Assembly: GCA_002748055.1 (NCBI GenBank)
Contig: PDRI01000095.1
Span: 69,081 to 119,520, forward strand
Length of the DNA: 50,440 nt
Direction of reading: 5' to 3'
Source: Bacteroidota bacterium
GTDB taxonomy: Bacteria > Bacteroidota > Bacteroidia > Bacteroidales > GCA-2748055
Shown: piece after piece, positions 38,969 through 48,447 of the stretch
How positions within the stretch are numbered: the stretch's first letter is position 1
Layout of the letters: the number at the start of each line of letters is the position of its first letter
Program-made: the position numbers and the translations under genes
Notes under the pieces: model-generated
What the model was told of the DNA's origin: nothing
What the model saw: the letters and a program-made list of their open reading frames with translations, nothing else
Databases searched by the model: none

Positions 38969-41700
38969 ATCTTTACAATCAACTCTGAACCAAAATAGAT
39001 CGACGGATTCCTGCGGGTATAGCTTTCCGAACGGATGTACTGATACATGGGCCTGTAATTCATAAAGTTGTTCACAAAGAAACTCAGCTTCATCCTTTCA
39101 CCAATTTCCTTTGAGAGCCGGATATTCGCCAGGAAAAGCGGCGGCAGCAGTTCGGTCAGATAGTAGTTGTCGCGTTTCTCATTGTAGTAACGCATGTAAG
39201 CCGGATCGCTCCGCATGGCCTCGGTATAGGGCGTGATGTTCCCCTTGCGGTCGAAGAGGTAGATGGGAGCCTCGTCGTAAAAAGGATAGTAATACTTGTC
39301 GAACCAGACCATCTGCAGGGTGGTTGAGAGGATCATTCGAAGGGCGGGTACCTGGGTAACCATGCGCAGATTGGTATTCAGGCGCTCCGACACCTTCGAC
39401 TCGCCGGCCGGATACATCCCAATTCTTTTGAATTGCTCGGGCGAGGCACTGGAGGGGAGACGGGGATAATCGACCGTACTGAAACAGCGCACTGTCCTGA
39501 GGTAAGCTCCATCAAGATTAAAGGAGGTATAGAGGGCATCGATTTTCCCGAATTTGAATACGAATTCAATGCCGGACTTCAGGGTTCGCCGGTTATTCCC
39601 GGGACTCCGGTACGAGATGATATACGCAAAGTCTTCGGTGGGCAGGCTTCCCGGGTCGGGTTTCGTCCCGGGCGGAATGCTGTCGCGCAGGTAGCGGTAC
39701 GAACTGATAAATTCGTAGCGGGAATTGAACTGAAAACCATGGCTCAGGTTCTCACGGAAAAAGGTAATGCTCCCGCTCACCGGCCCCGCCACGAATTCCA
39801 GCCCAAACTCCTGTTTCAGGTTATCGGAAGGCCGCAGACCGGGGTTTTCCGTATCGTAAACCAGGGTGTTGAAAACCGACATCCGGGTTTCCGGATTGCC
39901 GGTATAATAGTCCAGCACACTCAGGTCGTAATAGGCCCTGTCGGGATAGAGGTAGAGCAGGGAGGGCGCTTTGTGGGTCTTCCCGATTCCGGCATTCAGG
40001 CAAAGCATCCTGAAAAGCCGGTTGTTTCGCCTATTCAAGAGTTCGAAAGAGATGTTCAGGCGGGGCTCAAGGTAGAAACCCACATCGCTTTTCACCAGCC
40101 GACGGGGCTGAAAGTTATTCAGCCGGAGGCCCCCTTGCAGCTTCAGCCTGCGGGTCCCAAGAGGAAGCACCAACCGGTCCTCCAGATAGAGCGAATAGTG
40201 GGCTTGAGCAGGGATGCTGCGAAAGGACCTGGGCCGACTGCTGAGGCTCGAAATAAAGGGAGGATTGGCCACATCATAGAGCTGTCCCGCCCCATAGTTC
40301 TTGTTGAAACGATAGTCTCCCCCGGCCAGCAAGCTATTAATGAAGCCATTGTCGAAATGAAGGACCTTTTTGAGGGTAAGCTGACCAAAAACATTGACTG
40401 GCCTTCCGTCGATGCGAAGCTCCGTCAGCTGCTCCGTGGGCAGGTAAATGCCTTCGTTTTCTCCCGCCTCCAGGGCAAGCGAGACCGGAGCAACACCTCC
40501 ACTGCTGCTCCGGTACATCTTCTGATAGCTTTCCTGGCGGGCAGATGAAAGGGACCAGGTATAACTGATGTCGCTCAGAAAGCGCTTGTTCAGCAGCCAT
40601 TTCCCCCCCAGGTTAAGCCTCACTCCTTTCTCAGCGCTCTCATATTCCTCCTCTGCCACCAGGGCATCGGGATCGGTTCTGGCGTTGTCGAGGGTCCCGA
40701 ATGCGCCCAGCCGGGCATGAAAGGTCAGGGGCATGCTTGCCTTCATCCAGGTGGTGGAATAGGCTAGCTGACCGGTCAGGCGTTTATAGCCCTCATACCT
40801 GCTGACCACATTGCTGTAGGAAGAAAGATAATCGATGTTCATATTCAGGAATCCCCCCGAAGACGGAAGCCTGACTCCTTTTTCGGCTGCAAGTTGCTTA
40901 GTCTTCGGATCGGCCTTCAGACGGAAGCTGAAGGGACTGTAGCCAGCCTTCGTTTTCACCACCACCGCCCCGGAAGTCAGGTCACCATAAACAACCGAGG
41001 GAATGCCCCTGATTACTTCAACGGACTCAATATTGTCGCTCGAAATCCGGCGCAGATCCACACCCGCACCCGCAACTGAAGAAAAGCCCCCCTTCCGGGC
41101 TACAGAGGTAGCCATGGCCTGCAAATTAGCATCGTTCGACAGGGGGGCATTGTCGACCAGAATACTGGTCCCCATGGCCGAGTTAACATCCCTGCCTATC
41201 TCACGAATGGCCATCTGCTGAGGCTTCGACAAATCGGGGTTCACCGCCAGATTTCCCGGCAAGAGCTGCATAACATCGCTCAAACCGGTAGCCTGGACAT
41301 GCTCAATGGCTGCCGAAGCAATGGTGGAAGAGCTGGCCATGCTGCTCCCCTTTTTAGCCAGGACATTGACTTCTTCCATGTCATAGGCCGTTGGCACAAG
41401 CAGCACGGTCAGCTCTACCCCCTTATCGAAGCGAAAAGCTTCGACCTTCTGTTCATAGCCGAGGCATCGAATCTCCAGGGTGTAGGCACCCGGCTTCAGT
41501 TGCCCGAAAACAAAGTGCCCCTGCTCATCGCTGATGGTCCAGCGCTCTGTTTCCCTGATCTGAATCGCGGCACCGATGACCGGTTCCCGGGTCTTCCTGT
41601 CCCTTACCTCCCCTTGCAATCCCCGCGATTCCTGGGAAGTGAGGGGTAAGCATGTGCAGCTGAGCAGCAGGATCGACCATATAAAAAGACGCCTCAACAT
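38965..41700 (-). CDS. TonB-dependent receptor (non-SusC type) with carboxypeptidase-regulatory-like N-domain
   Basis: Signal peptide; AIEHVQATGLSDVMQLLPG, APLSNDANLQ, GVDLRRISSDNIESVEVIRGIPSVVYGDLTSGAVVV plug motifs; start taken as ATG 41700. Confidence 0.92.
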   Translation of the reverse strand: MLRRLFIWSILLLSCTCLPLTSQESRGLQGEVRDRKTREPVIGAAIQIRETERWTISDEQGHFVFGQLKPGAYTLEIRCLGYEQKVEAFRFDKGVELTVLLVPTAYDMEEVNVLAKKGSSMASSSTIASAAIEHVQATGLSDVMQLLPGNLAVNPDLSKPQQMAIREIGRDVNSAMGTSILVDNAPLSNDANLQAMATSVARKGGFSSVAGAGVDLRRISSDNIESVEVIRGIPSVVYGDLTSGAVVVKTKAGYSPFSFRLKADPKTKQLAAEKGVRLPSSGGFLNMNIDYLSSYSNVVSRYEGYKRLTGQLAYSTTWMKASMPLTFHARLGAFGTLDNARTDPDALVAEEEYESAEKGVRLNLGGKWLLNKRFLSDISYTWSLSSARQESYQKMYRSSSGGVAPVSLALEAGENEGIYLPTEQLTELRIDGRPVNVFGQLTLKKVLHFDNGFINSLLAGGDYRFNKNYGAGQLYDVANPPFISSLSSRPRSFRSIPAQAHYSLYLEDRLVLPLGTRRLKLQGGLRLNNFQPRRLVKSDVGFYLEPRLNISFELLNRRNNRLFRMLCLNAGIGKTHKAPSLLYLYPDRAYYDLSVLDYYTGNPETRMSVFNTLVYDTENPGLRPSDNLKQEFGLEFVAGPVSGSITFFRENLSHGFQFNSRYEFISSYRYLRDSIPPGTKPDPGSLPTEDFAYIISYRSPGNNRRTLKSGIEFVFKFGKIDALYTSFNLDGAYLRTVRCFSTVDYPRLPSSASPEQFKRIGMYPAGESKVSERLNTNLRMVTQVPALRMILSTTLQMVWFDKYYYPFYDEAPIYLFDRKGNITPYTEAMRSDPAYMRYYNEKRDNYYLTELLPPLFLANIRLSKEIGERMKLSFFVNNFMNYRPMYQYIRSESYTRRNPSIYFGSELIVKI

Positions 41701-41731
41701 TTTGTCCGTTGGCCGCAAAGGCCAGAGCGAA

Positions 41732-44143
41732 CTAGTGGGAAACCACCAGCTTTCTCGTGGTCACTTCACCGCTGCGATCGCGGAAGGAGATGAAATAGAA
41801 CCCATTCTTCAGGGCTCCAAGATCCAGGGTGGTGTTCACCGAGGAAGCTTCCACGTCCATCACCAGGCTTCCGGTGGCCGAGTGGAGGGTAATCCTGTCG
41901 ATACGCTCCAGATTCTCCAGGTAAAGCAGATCCCTGACCGGATTCGGGTAAAGCCTGATCGAATGGTTCGCGTCATTCAGATCCTTTTCAATGATGCCTG
42001 TATTGTTCTCAGGTGCCTTCAGACCGGAAAGCGGAATCTTATACAGGTCTGTCTTGGCAAGGGCGACAAGCTTGTCGTCCATGATCCCGCCAATGCTCCA
42101 TATCGTGCTACCGGGGTAGCAATCGGTCCAGTTCTGGCCGGCATCCCAACTGATTTTTGACTTGGTGGAAGACCCCAGGACAAGGATGGTGGTATCGTTC
42201 AACAAGGTCATGCCGTTTCCACCCCCGATCCCGGGCAATAAGGCATAGTTCTCTCCACCGTCCTCGGTGACAAATACCCCGTCGACTGAGCTGAGCAGGT
42301 ACCATTTTTGTGCATCGACATAAACCATATCCTTCAAAAAGAGCGTCGAATCATCGGGGCTGCCCGTCTGCTGTAAGGCGGGATAAAGGTCGCTGAAAGT
42401 CTTCCCTCCGTCTTCCGTTTTTTGGAAAAAGGTGTTGCCCAGGAAATAGCCGGTCGATTCACCGGTGAAGACAATCTTGTTGAAGACCTTGTTGCCCTGA
42501 TCCTCAAATACAGGGGCCCAGGAAGCACCGCCGTCCTCGGTCCGGAATACATTGCAATGGCTCAGTTTGTTGTCTATTCCGGCAAGGCTGTCGAGCCACC
42601 TTGCGCCCAGGAAGGCAAGCGTATCGTTGATGCCTTCCACAAGCAAGGGATCGAAACCATAGGCTCCCTCTGCACTTGGATTCATGGCCGGATCATCGCC
42701 CTCTCCAACAGCCGTATAATCGAGTAATTCCCAGGTTTCCCAAAGGTCGGTACTTTTATACATCAGGCCGTGCCCATAGACATCCTGAAGGTCGGAGGAA
42801 GAAGGGTAATCAATCATGTAGAGCCGCTTGCTCACTGCATAGGAGACACCGGCAGCCGTACTAACCGATTCAAAATCGTAGTCGGCACCATTTACGAAGA
42901 GCGCGGGCGTTTCCACAGGGCTCCAGCTGATGCCTGCGTCGCTGGTGGCTACAAGGGTCTGCCCGTATCCGGCAATGATGGCATGCGTGGCATCGACTAT
43001 GTGCATCTTCTGCAGATTCTCGCCCGGGTTGATCTCCTGGCTCACCCAGACATTGTTCCGCAAGACGGCATCGGCCACAGCACATTTATAGAGATTCGAT
43101 TTCGCCAGCGCGACGATGCTGTCATTCATGATCCCTCCAATCTCATAGCAGGTAGCACCCGGATAGAAATCGGTCCAGGTCGCTCCCCCGTTTGTGGTGA
43201 TCTTCGATTTGGTTGAGGACCCAAGGACCAGGTAAGTACTGTCGTTCACAAGCAGCATATCGAATCCGCCACCGGGGGCATTGTCCCCGGCCATCAGCTC
43301 GAAAGAGGCCCCTTTGTCGAGGCTCTTGTAGATTCCGTTTGTGGAGGTAACAAGGTAAAAAGTATCTGCATTTACAAAGGCAAAGTCAAACACGAAAACG
43401 GTCTCATCCTCAGCAGCCAAAGCCAGATTATCATAAATATTCGTCACCGTCCCCGTGGCGATATCGGCCCTGAACAGGTGATTCAGTCCTCCGTAGTACA
43501 CATCTTCGGCTGTGGATTCGATGGCAACCGAGTAATTTCCTCCGTCGGTAACCGACGACCAGCTCGTTCCATCGTCCGACATCAGTACCCCCTTCACCGT
43601 TTCCTTTGGGGCCTGTGCCGATTCGTAATAGTACCATTCCACGGCAAGGTATACACTTCCGTTCTCAAGGACATCTACTCCCCTAAAATGCATGGCGTAA
43701 CAGCCCATCTCGTTCGGATTCTCCATGTAGCCTTCTTCCGATCCGATTTCACTGATATCGACCAGCTCCCAGCTGACGCCATAATCGGAGGTCTTCAGCA
43801 ATACCCCGTCGGCATAGACATCCGGTTCCCCATCAGCGGGATTATCGATCACCTTAGCGTCGGCCGAGATGGCATAACCCAGTCCCGAACTGTTGATGCT
43901 CAGATCTTCGAAATTATACTCCGGAGCAAGAACCCCGATGTCCTGCCAGCTGGCACCCCGGTCGGCCGAGGTCATCAAAGTTCTGCCATATCCGGCCAGG
44001 ACGGCAAAGGTATCGTTTACGATATCCAGGTCTTTCATATTCTGTTTCTCCCTGATATACTGCGATTCCCACTCAAAAGTATTCTGGGCAAAAACAGTGA
44101 ATGACAGCAGCAGTGCTGCAACAATGGTAAAGGTTCTTTTCAT
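41732..44143 (-). CDS. T9SS-secreted double BNR/Asp-box beta-propeller protein
   Basis: Start MKRTFTIVAALL (ATG 44143; upstream extension is non-coding-like); many S/T-x-D-x-G-x-S/T-W Asp boxes; ~350-aa internal duplication; CTD LYPNPV...GFYFISF. Confidence 0.85.
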   Translation of the reverse strand: MKRTFTIVAALLLSFTVFAQNTFEWESQYIREKQNMKDLDIVNDTFAVLAGYGRTLMTSADRGASWQDIGVLAPEYNFEDLSINSSGLGYAISADAKVIDNPADGEPDVYADGVLLKTSDYGVSWELVDISEIGSEEGYMENPNEMGCYAMHFRGVDVLENGSVYLAVEWYYYESAQAPKETVKGVLMSDDGTSWSSVTDGGNYSVAIESTAEDVYYGGLNHLFRADIATGTVTNIYDNLALAAEDETVFVFDFAFVNADTFYLVTSTNGIYKSLDKGASFELMAGDNAPGGGFDMLLVNDSTYLVLGSSTKSKITTNGGATWTDFYPGATCYEIGGIMNDSIVALAKSNLYKCAVADAVLRNNVWVSQEINPGENLQKMHIVDATHAIIAGYGQTLVATSDAGISWSPVETPALFVNGADYDFESVSTAAGVSYAVSKRLYMIDYPSSSDLQDVYGHGLMYKSTDLWETWELLDYTAVGEGDDPAMNPSAEGAYGFDPLLVEGINDTLAFLGARWLDSLAGIDNKLSHCNVFRTEDGGASWAPVFEDQGNKVFNKIVFTGESTGYFLGNTFFQKTEDGGKTFSDLYPALQQTGSPDDSTLFLKDMVYVDAQKWYLLSSVDGVFVTEDGGENYALLPGIGGGNGMTLLNDTTILVLGSSTKSKISWDAGQNWTDCYPGSTIWSIGGIMDDKLVALAKTDLYKIPLSGLKAPENNTGIIEKDLNDANHSIRLYPNPVRDLLYLENLERIDRITLHSATGSLVMDVEASSVNTTLDLGALKNGFYFISFRDRSGEVTTRKLVVSH

Positions 44144-44280
44144 CGTTTCAATTTTTGTATTCAGCAATTCGTTTTCTCTTTTGTGCCGCGCTTCCATACC
44201 AGGAGTGCCAGCTCCGGGAAGGGCTTGTCCCCATCCCAAAAGCTTGCTATTCAATAGCCCGATAAAACCCCGCACAACCG

Positions 44281-44342
44281 CGAAAGATATCAAATGAGGG
44301 CGTCCTTTACAATCCCTATTTTTAGCTATTTTAAGCCCTATT
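44281..44342 (-). promoter_or_regulatory. Putative promoter of the 7-gene operon with upstream direct repeats
   Basis: TATCTTTCG (-7-like, 44281-44289), TTG ~20 bp upstream, CCCTATT repeated at 44314 and 44336. Confidence 0.4.
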
Positions 44343-44567
44343 CCTTCCCCCTGTTTCTGTCCCCTTCCCGACAAAAAACGCCCCGGATTTCCTTCACCGC
44401 TTTTCAATTCTGTGAACACATTCCGGTCCAAAGCATGGCTTCCTTCATGCAAAAACGGGAATTATTCGATAAATAAACTAAATTTACAGGGCTCAGATTT
44501 CATTCAGCTCTGCAAGCCTCGTCTCCACCCGGAACCATTCAATCGAAAAATAAGACCCCCTAACTAT

Positions 44568-45971
44568 ATGTACTCCCTGAGAAATTTAAACGCCCGAAAG
44601 AAAAACCGCGACAGAAGCTTTCAACAGCTCCCTGGTCTAATGCTGCTTGTCTCTTCCATATTCATTTTTTCCTGTCCGGAAGGGAGAGCCCAGGAATTGC
44701 CACTCTTACAGGTCACCAGGAATGGCCACTACCTCGAAACAATGGAAGGCAAGCCCTTTTTCTGGCTGGGCGACACAGCCTGGGAATTGCTGCATCGAGG
44801 CAATAAAGAGGAGATCCGCTTCTACCTGGAAGACCGTGCGGAAAAGGGGTTTACAGTAATTCAGACTGTCATACTGGCCGAACTCGACGGACTCAATACC
44901 CCCAATGCTTTGGGCGACCTGCCCCTGATCGACAATGATCCCTCCCGTTTGAATGAAGCCTACTTCCGGCTGGTTGACTATACCATTGAGCTGGCGGAGG
45001 AACTGGGCCTCTATGTTGGCTTGCTGCCCACCTGGGGAGATAAATTCAGCAAACTATGGGAAACCGGTCCTGAAGTGTTTACCCCGAAAAATGCATTGCA
45101 ATACGGAAAGCTGCTGGGAGAACGTTACAGGGAGCATAACAACATCATCTGGATCCTGGGGGGCGACCGTATTCCAGAGAAAAAAGTGCATTTTGAGGTG
45201 ATAGAAGCCATGGCCGAAGGCATCCTGAAAAAGGACAATAGACACCTGATAACCTATCATCCTTGGGTTACCCACAGGGCCAGGTCCTACTTCGACGCTG
45301 AATGGCTCCAACTGGATATGTACCAGAGCGGACACGAGCGCAATGCAAAGGAATATGTTTACCCCCTGGAAAGCAGGGCAATGCTTCCTGCTAAACCCGT
45401 AATCAACGGGGAGGCTCGCTATGAAAACATTCGTGAACATTTCTGGAAGGAAAACCCGGGCCCATGGCTCGACCAGGCCGATGTACGAATATCCGCATAC
45501 TGGAGCATGCTTGCCGGAGCGGCCGGCTACAGCTATGGCTGCAATGATGTTTGGCAATTGTATGATGAGCACAAAGAACCTTCGATTATGGCCCGCACGG
45601 GATGGAAGACTGCACTGGACCTGCCCGGAGCCGTACAAATGGGCTATATGCGTGCTTTCTTCGAAACACTGCCATGGCAGAGCCTGGTGCCGGACCAGAG
45701 CCTGATCCTTTCCGATAATCCTGAAGGGCCTGCTCACTGCCGCGCAGCCAGGCTCGAGGACGATGGCAGCATACTGGTTTATGTGCCCCGGGGAACTCCG
45801 GTTAAGGTAGATCTTTCCGGCATACCCGGAAAAGCAAAGGCTTCCTGGTTCAATCCCCGTTCCGGGCTGTCTCATCCCATCGGCATTGTAGCCGGGGGCA
45901 AAAGCCGGGAATTTAAACCCTGGGCCAGCGGGCGTGGAAGCGACTTTCTGCTTGTCCTTGATCTGGAATAA
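44568..45971 (+). CDS. GH140 / DUF4038 family (apiosidase-like) with C-terminal collagen-binding-like domain
   Basis: GKPFFWLGDTAWEL, KGFTVIQTV, LLPTWGD, WILGGDR, ITYHP, YQSGH, NGEARYE, ASWFNPRSG; start uncertain (44568 or 44640). Confidence 0.87.
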   Translation: MYSLRNLNARKKNRDRSFQQLPGLMLLVSSIFIFSCPEGRAQELPLLQVTRNGHYLETMEGKPFFWLGDTAWELLHRGNKEEIRFYLEDRAEKGFTVIQTVILAELDGLNTPNALGDLPLIDNDPSRLNEAYFRLVDYTIELAEELGLYVGLLPTWGDKFSKLWETGPEVFTPKNALQYGKLLGERYREHNNIIWILGGDRIPEKKVHFEVIEAMAEGILKKDNRHLITYHPWVTHRARSYFDAEWLQLDMYQSGHERNAKEYVYPLESRAMLPAKPVINGEARYENIREHFWKENPGPWLDQADVRISAYWSMLAGAAGYSYGCNDVWQLYDEHKEPSIMARTGWKTALDLPGAVQMGYMRAFFETLPWQSLVPDQSLILSDNPEGPAHCRAARLEDDGSILVYVPRGTPVKVDLSGIPGKAKASWFNPRSGLSHPIGIVAGGKSREFKPWASGRGSDFLLVLDLE

Positions 45972-45974
45972 ACC

Positions 45975-47246
45975 ATGAAATACCATTTCCAACACCTCTG
46001 TTTCATATTCTTTCTTGCCCTCACCCCGGGACTCAATCCCATGCTTCAGGCTCAGAAACCGGGGCAAGCCGGGGATTCCCTGAAAGCCCGTGAGTCCCTC
46101 CGGACCCCGGCATCTCAGGCCTCCACCCGAATTTTACCTCCCCAAGGGGTTCTTCCCCGCGATCTGGGCATAGTCATCGGCGAAATGGAAACGGGAAGAT
46201 TCAATGCCATCACCGATGTAAGCGGTGTAAGTGTGGGACACGTCACCAAAATCGAAGGCTGTGATACCCGCACGGGCGTAACAGCCATTCTGCCTCACCC
46301 TGGGAATATCTTCCAACAAAAAGTCCCTGCTGCAATCTACATCGGGAACGGTTTTGGAAAACTAATTGGCTACAGCCAGGTAAGGGAACTGGGAAATATC
46401 GAAACCCCTATCATCCTGACCAATACCCTAAGTGTCGCCATTGCTGCGGATGCACTCATTGACTACAGCCTGGAACAACCGGGAAATGGAGACCTGCGGA
46501 GTGTTAATCCCCTGGTTGGCGAGACCAACGACGGCTATCTCAACGATATCCGTAAGCGTGGAGTTAGCAAAGCAGATGTATTTGAGGCCATTGCCAATGC
46601 CGACACCGGCAGGATAGAACAGGGAAATGTGGGTGCCGGAACCGGAACTGTCTGCTTTGGGTACAAAGGCGGAATTGGGACATCGTCCCGTATCCTCCCT
46701 TCTGCGCAAGGCGGTTATACAGTCGGAGTACTTGTACAGAGCAATTTCGGGGGGCAGTTGACCGTAGCCGGAGTAGCGCTGGGCCAAGAACTCCTGGCTC
46801 GCTCCGATGCGGCCCATATTCCGCCCGGGCAAAGCACCGGTATTGAACATGCATCAGAAGGGGATGGTTCCTGTATGATTGTTGTGGCTACCGATGCGCC
46901 TCTGACCTCCAGGAACCTGGAACGGCTGGCAAAACGAGCGCTGCTGGGGCTTGGCCGAACGGGTGGAACCATGTCCAACGGGAGCGGAGACTACGTTATT
47001 GCCTTTTCCACCAGCATAGAACTACGCGTGCCTCACAAAGGCTATGCCAGACATTGCAATGCCGAACTGCCCAACGAAGCCATGACACCACTCTTCCAGG
47101 CTGTGATTGAGGCCAGCGAAGAAGCAATACTATGCTCGCTTTTTGCCGCAGAGGACATGAGCGGATACAATGCCCATGAAGTGTCTGCCCTACCCCTTGA
47201 GGAAAGTATCAGGATCCTCAAGAAACACGGTTGTCTGGAGGAATAA
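45975..47246 (+). CDS. DmpA/P1-family (S58) L-aminopeptidase/D-Ala-esterase, exported
   Basis: NAITDVSGVSVGH, NGFGKL, LTNTLSV, GETNDG.LND, VGAGTG, autoprocessing GDGS, ATDAPL, NGSGD. Confidence 0.9.
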   Translation: MKYHFQHLCFIFFLALTPGLNPMLQAQKPGQAGDSLKARESLRTPASQASTRILPPQGVLPRDLGIVIGEMETGRFNAITDVSGVSVGHVTKIEGCDTRTGVTAILPHPGNIFQQKVPAAIYIGNGFGKLIGYSQVRELGNIETPIILTNTLSVAIAADALIDYSLEQPGNGDLRSVNPLVGETNDGYLNDIRKRGVSKADVFEAIANADTGRIEQGNVGAGTGTVCFGYKGGIGTSSRILPSAQGGYTVGVLVQSNFGGQLTVAGVALGQELLARSDAAHIPPGQSTGIEHASEGDGSCMIVVATDAPLTSRNLERLAKRALLGLGRTGGTMSNGSGDYVIAFSTSIELRVPHKGYARHCNAELPNEAMTPLFQAVIEASEEAILCSLFAAEDMSGYNAHEVSALPLEESIRILKKHGCLEE

Positions 47247-47267
47247 CACCCTTGCTAAGCTATTGTT

Positions 47268-47474
47268 TCAGACCACTTCCGGCTTCTTTCGTCTGGTCGA
47301 AGGAATCATCAGGCCGATGAGTATCCCAACAGCTAAACAACAAAAGATCAGCAGGGCTCTTGGTATCTGGAGTTTCCAAAACAACAACTGGACATTTACG
47401 GCTTCGGTATTCTGAACAGCAAAAATAACGATGAGTATTGTCAAAATGACAACGACAATGGTTTTGGTTTTCAT
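47268..47474 (-). CDS. LapA/DUF1049-family small membrane protein
   Basis: IFAVQNTEAVNVQLLFW..QIPRALLI pattern, two TMs; start ATG 47474. Confidence 0.8.
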   Translation of the reverse strand: MKTKTIVVVILTILIVIFAVQNTEAVNVQLLFWKLQIPRALLIFCCLAVGILIGLMIPSTRRKKPEVV

Positions 47475-47587
47475 ATCATTAAACTTCAATAGTATAAACA
47501 ATCGTTTCGGATCCTGGATACTGAAATGATTGCAGCAGGATACAATTCTGAATTGCAACTGGCAAAGAGGCTAAAGGCCAGGGGGGG

Positions 47588-48265
47588 CTATTTCTCCTTC
47601 CTCTTATTCTTTAAGTCTTCCAGAATTTCTGCGGCAGCGTCCTTACCTCCAAGGCCAAATGCAATTCCAAAAGCAAGGCAAAACGCCCCAAATAACAGGA
47701 TAAAGGCGTTTGTGATGATATCCTGAGCGATCCTGAGCTGCCCCAGAACAAGAAAAATAGTAAATATAACGATTGAGTAGTATGCAACCTTTTCAATCAG
47801 ATCGGCCGTTTTATCCTTCATATTCTTCAGCGAAGATGATAGCAGAGTGGCTACGAACTTGGCTGCATACAAACCAAACAGCAGAATGATCAGGGCAACA
47901 ATGATATTCGGAATAAACAAAATGATGCTGTTAAACAATTGCTGTGCACTTGTAAGCTGTAAAGAATTGAATACCGCCAGAATGACCGTCAGCATGATGA
48001 TCCAGTAAAACAGACTGCCCAGCATATCCACAGAAGACTTCTTTAAGCCACCTTCCTTCAGGAACTGTTCAATCCCCACTTTATCTGCAAGCTTGTCAAT
48101 TTTAACCACATACAATAGTTTGACAATGGCCTTTTTAATCAACCGGGCAATTATCCATCCGATCAAAAGGATCAGCAAGGCACCAACAATTTTGGGCAGA
48201 GCCACTGCAATTTCGTTCAGGAATTGCTGGGAGCTTTCGAGAAAAATTCTGAATTGTTCTTTCAT
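47588..48265 (-). CDS. CmpX-like / MscS TM-helix-repeat membrane protein
   Basis: LPKIVGALLILLIGWIIAR, FIPNIIVA, AFGIAFGLGGKDAA. Confidence 0.8.
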   Translation of the reverse strand: MKEQFRIFLESSQQFLNEIAVALPKIVGALLILLIGWIIARLIKKAIVKLLYVVKIDKLADKVGIEQFLKEGGLKKSSVDMLGSLFYWIIMLTVILAVFNSLQLTSAQQLFNSIILFIPNIIVALIILLFGLYAAKFVATLLSSSLKNMKDKTADLIEKVAYYSIVIFTIFLVLGQLRIAQDIITNAFILLFGAFCLAFGIAFGLGGKDAAAEILEDLKNKRKEK

Positions 48266-48447
48266 AACAGTAAGGTTTAGGATTAATTCAAGTTGCCAAG
48301 TCTAACATCAAACACCAGTGGGTTTACCTCCACCAATAAGCTGGCTAAGCAGAAGATCTTGCAGTCCTTTATCCGCAATGGACCGGCTGGAAGCCTTGAT
48401 TTCTGCAGGTTAATCATTGTGGTGTAATTGAGCGTAGCAAGTATGGT

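Noticed and set aside
44144-44345. Cobalamin riboswitch upstream of the TonB operon
   Set aside because: No AGGGAA/CCGCAACTGT/GCCACTG/AGACCTG core elements visible on the minus strand
44144-44567. N-terminal extensions of the ORFs at 41732-44452 and 44412-45971
   Set aside because: They overlap each other and the divergent promoter region; signal peptides begin at downstream ATGs
16067-46067. Long antisense ORFs (e.g. 16067-17077, 18988-19968, 22654-23775, 27266-28411, 37961-38944, 39433-40548, 45054-46067)
   Set aside because: Shadow frames opposite well-supported genes in GC-rich coding DNA; no recognisable motifs
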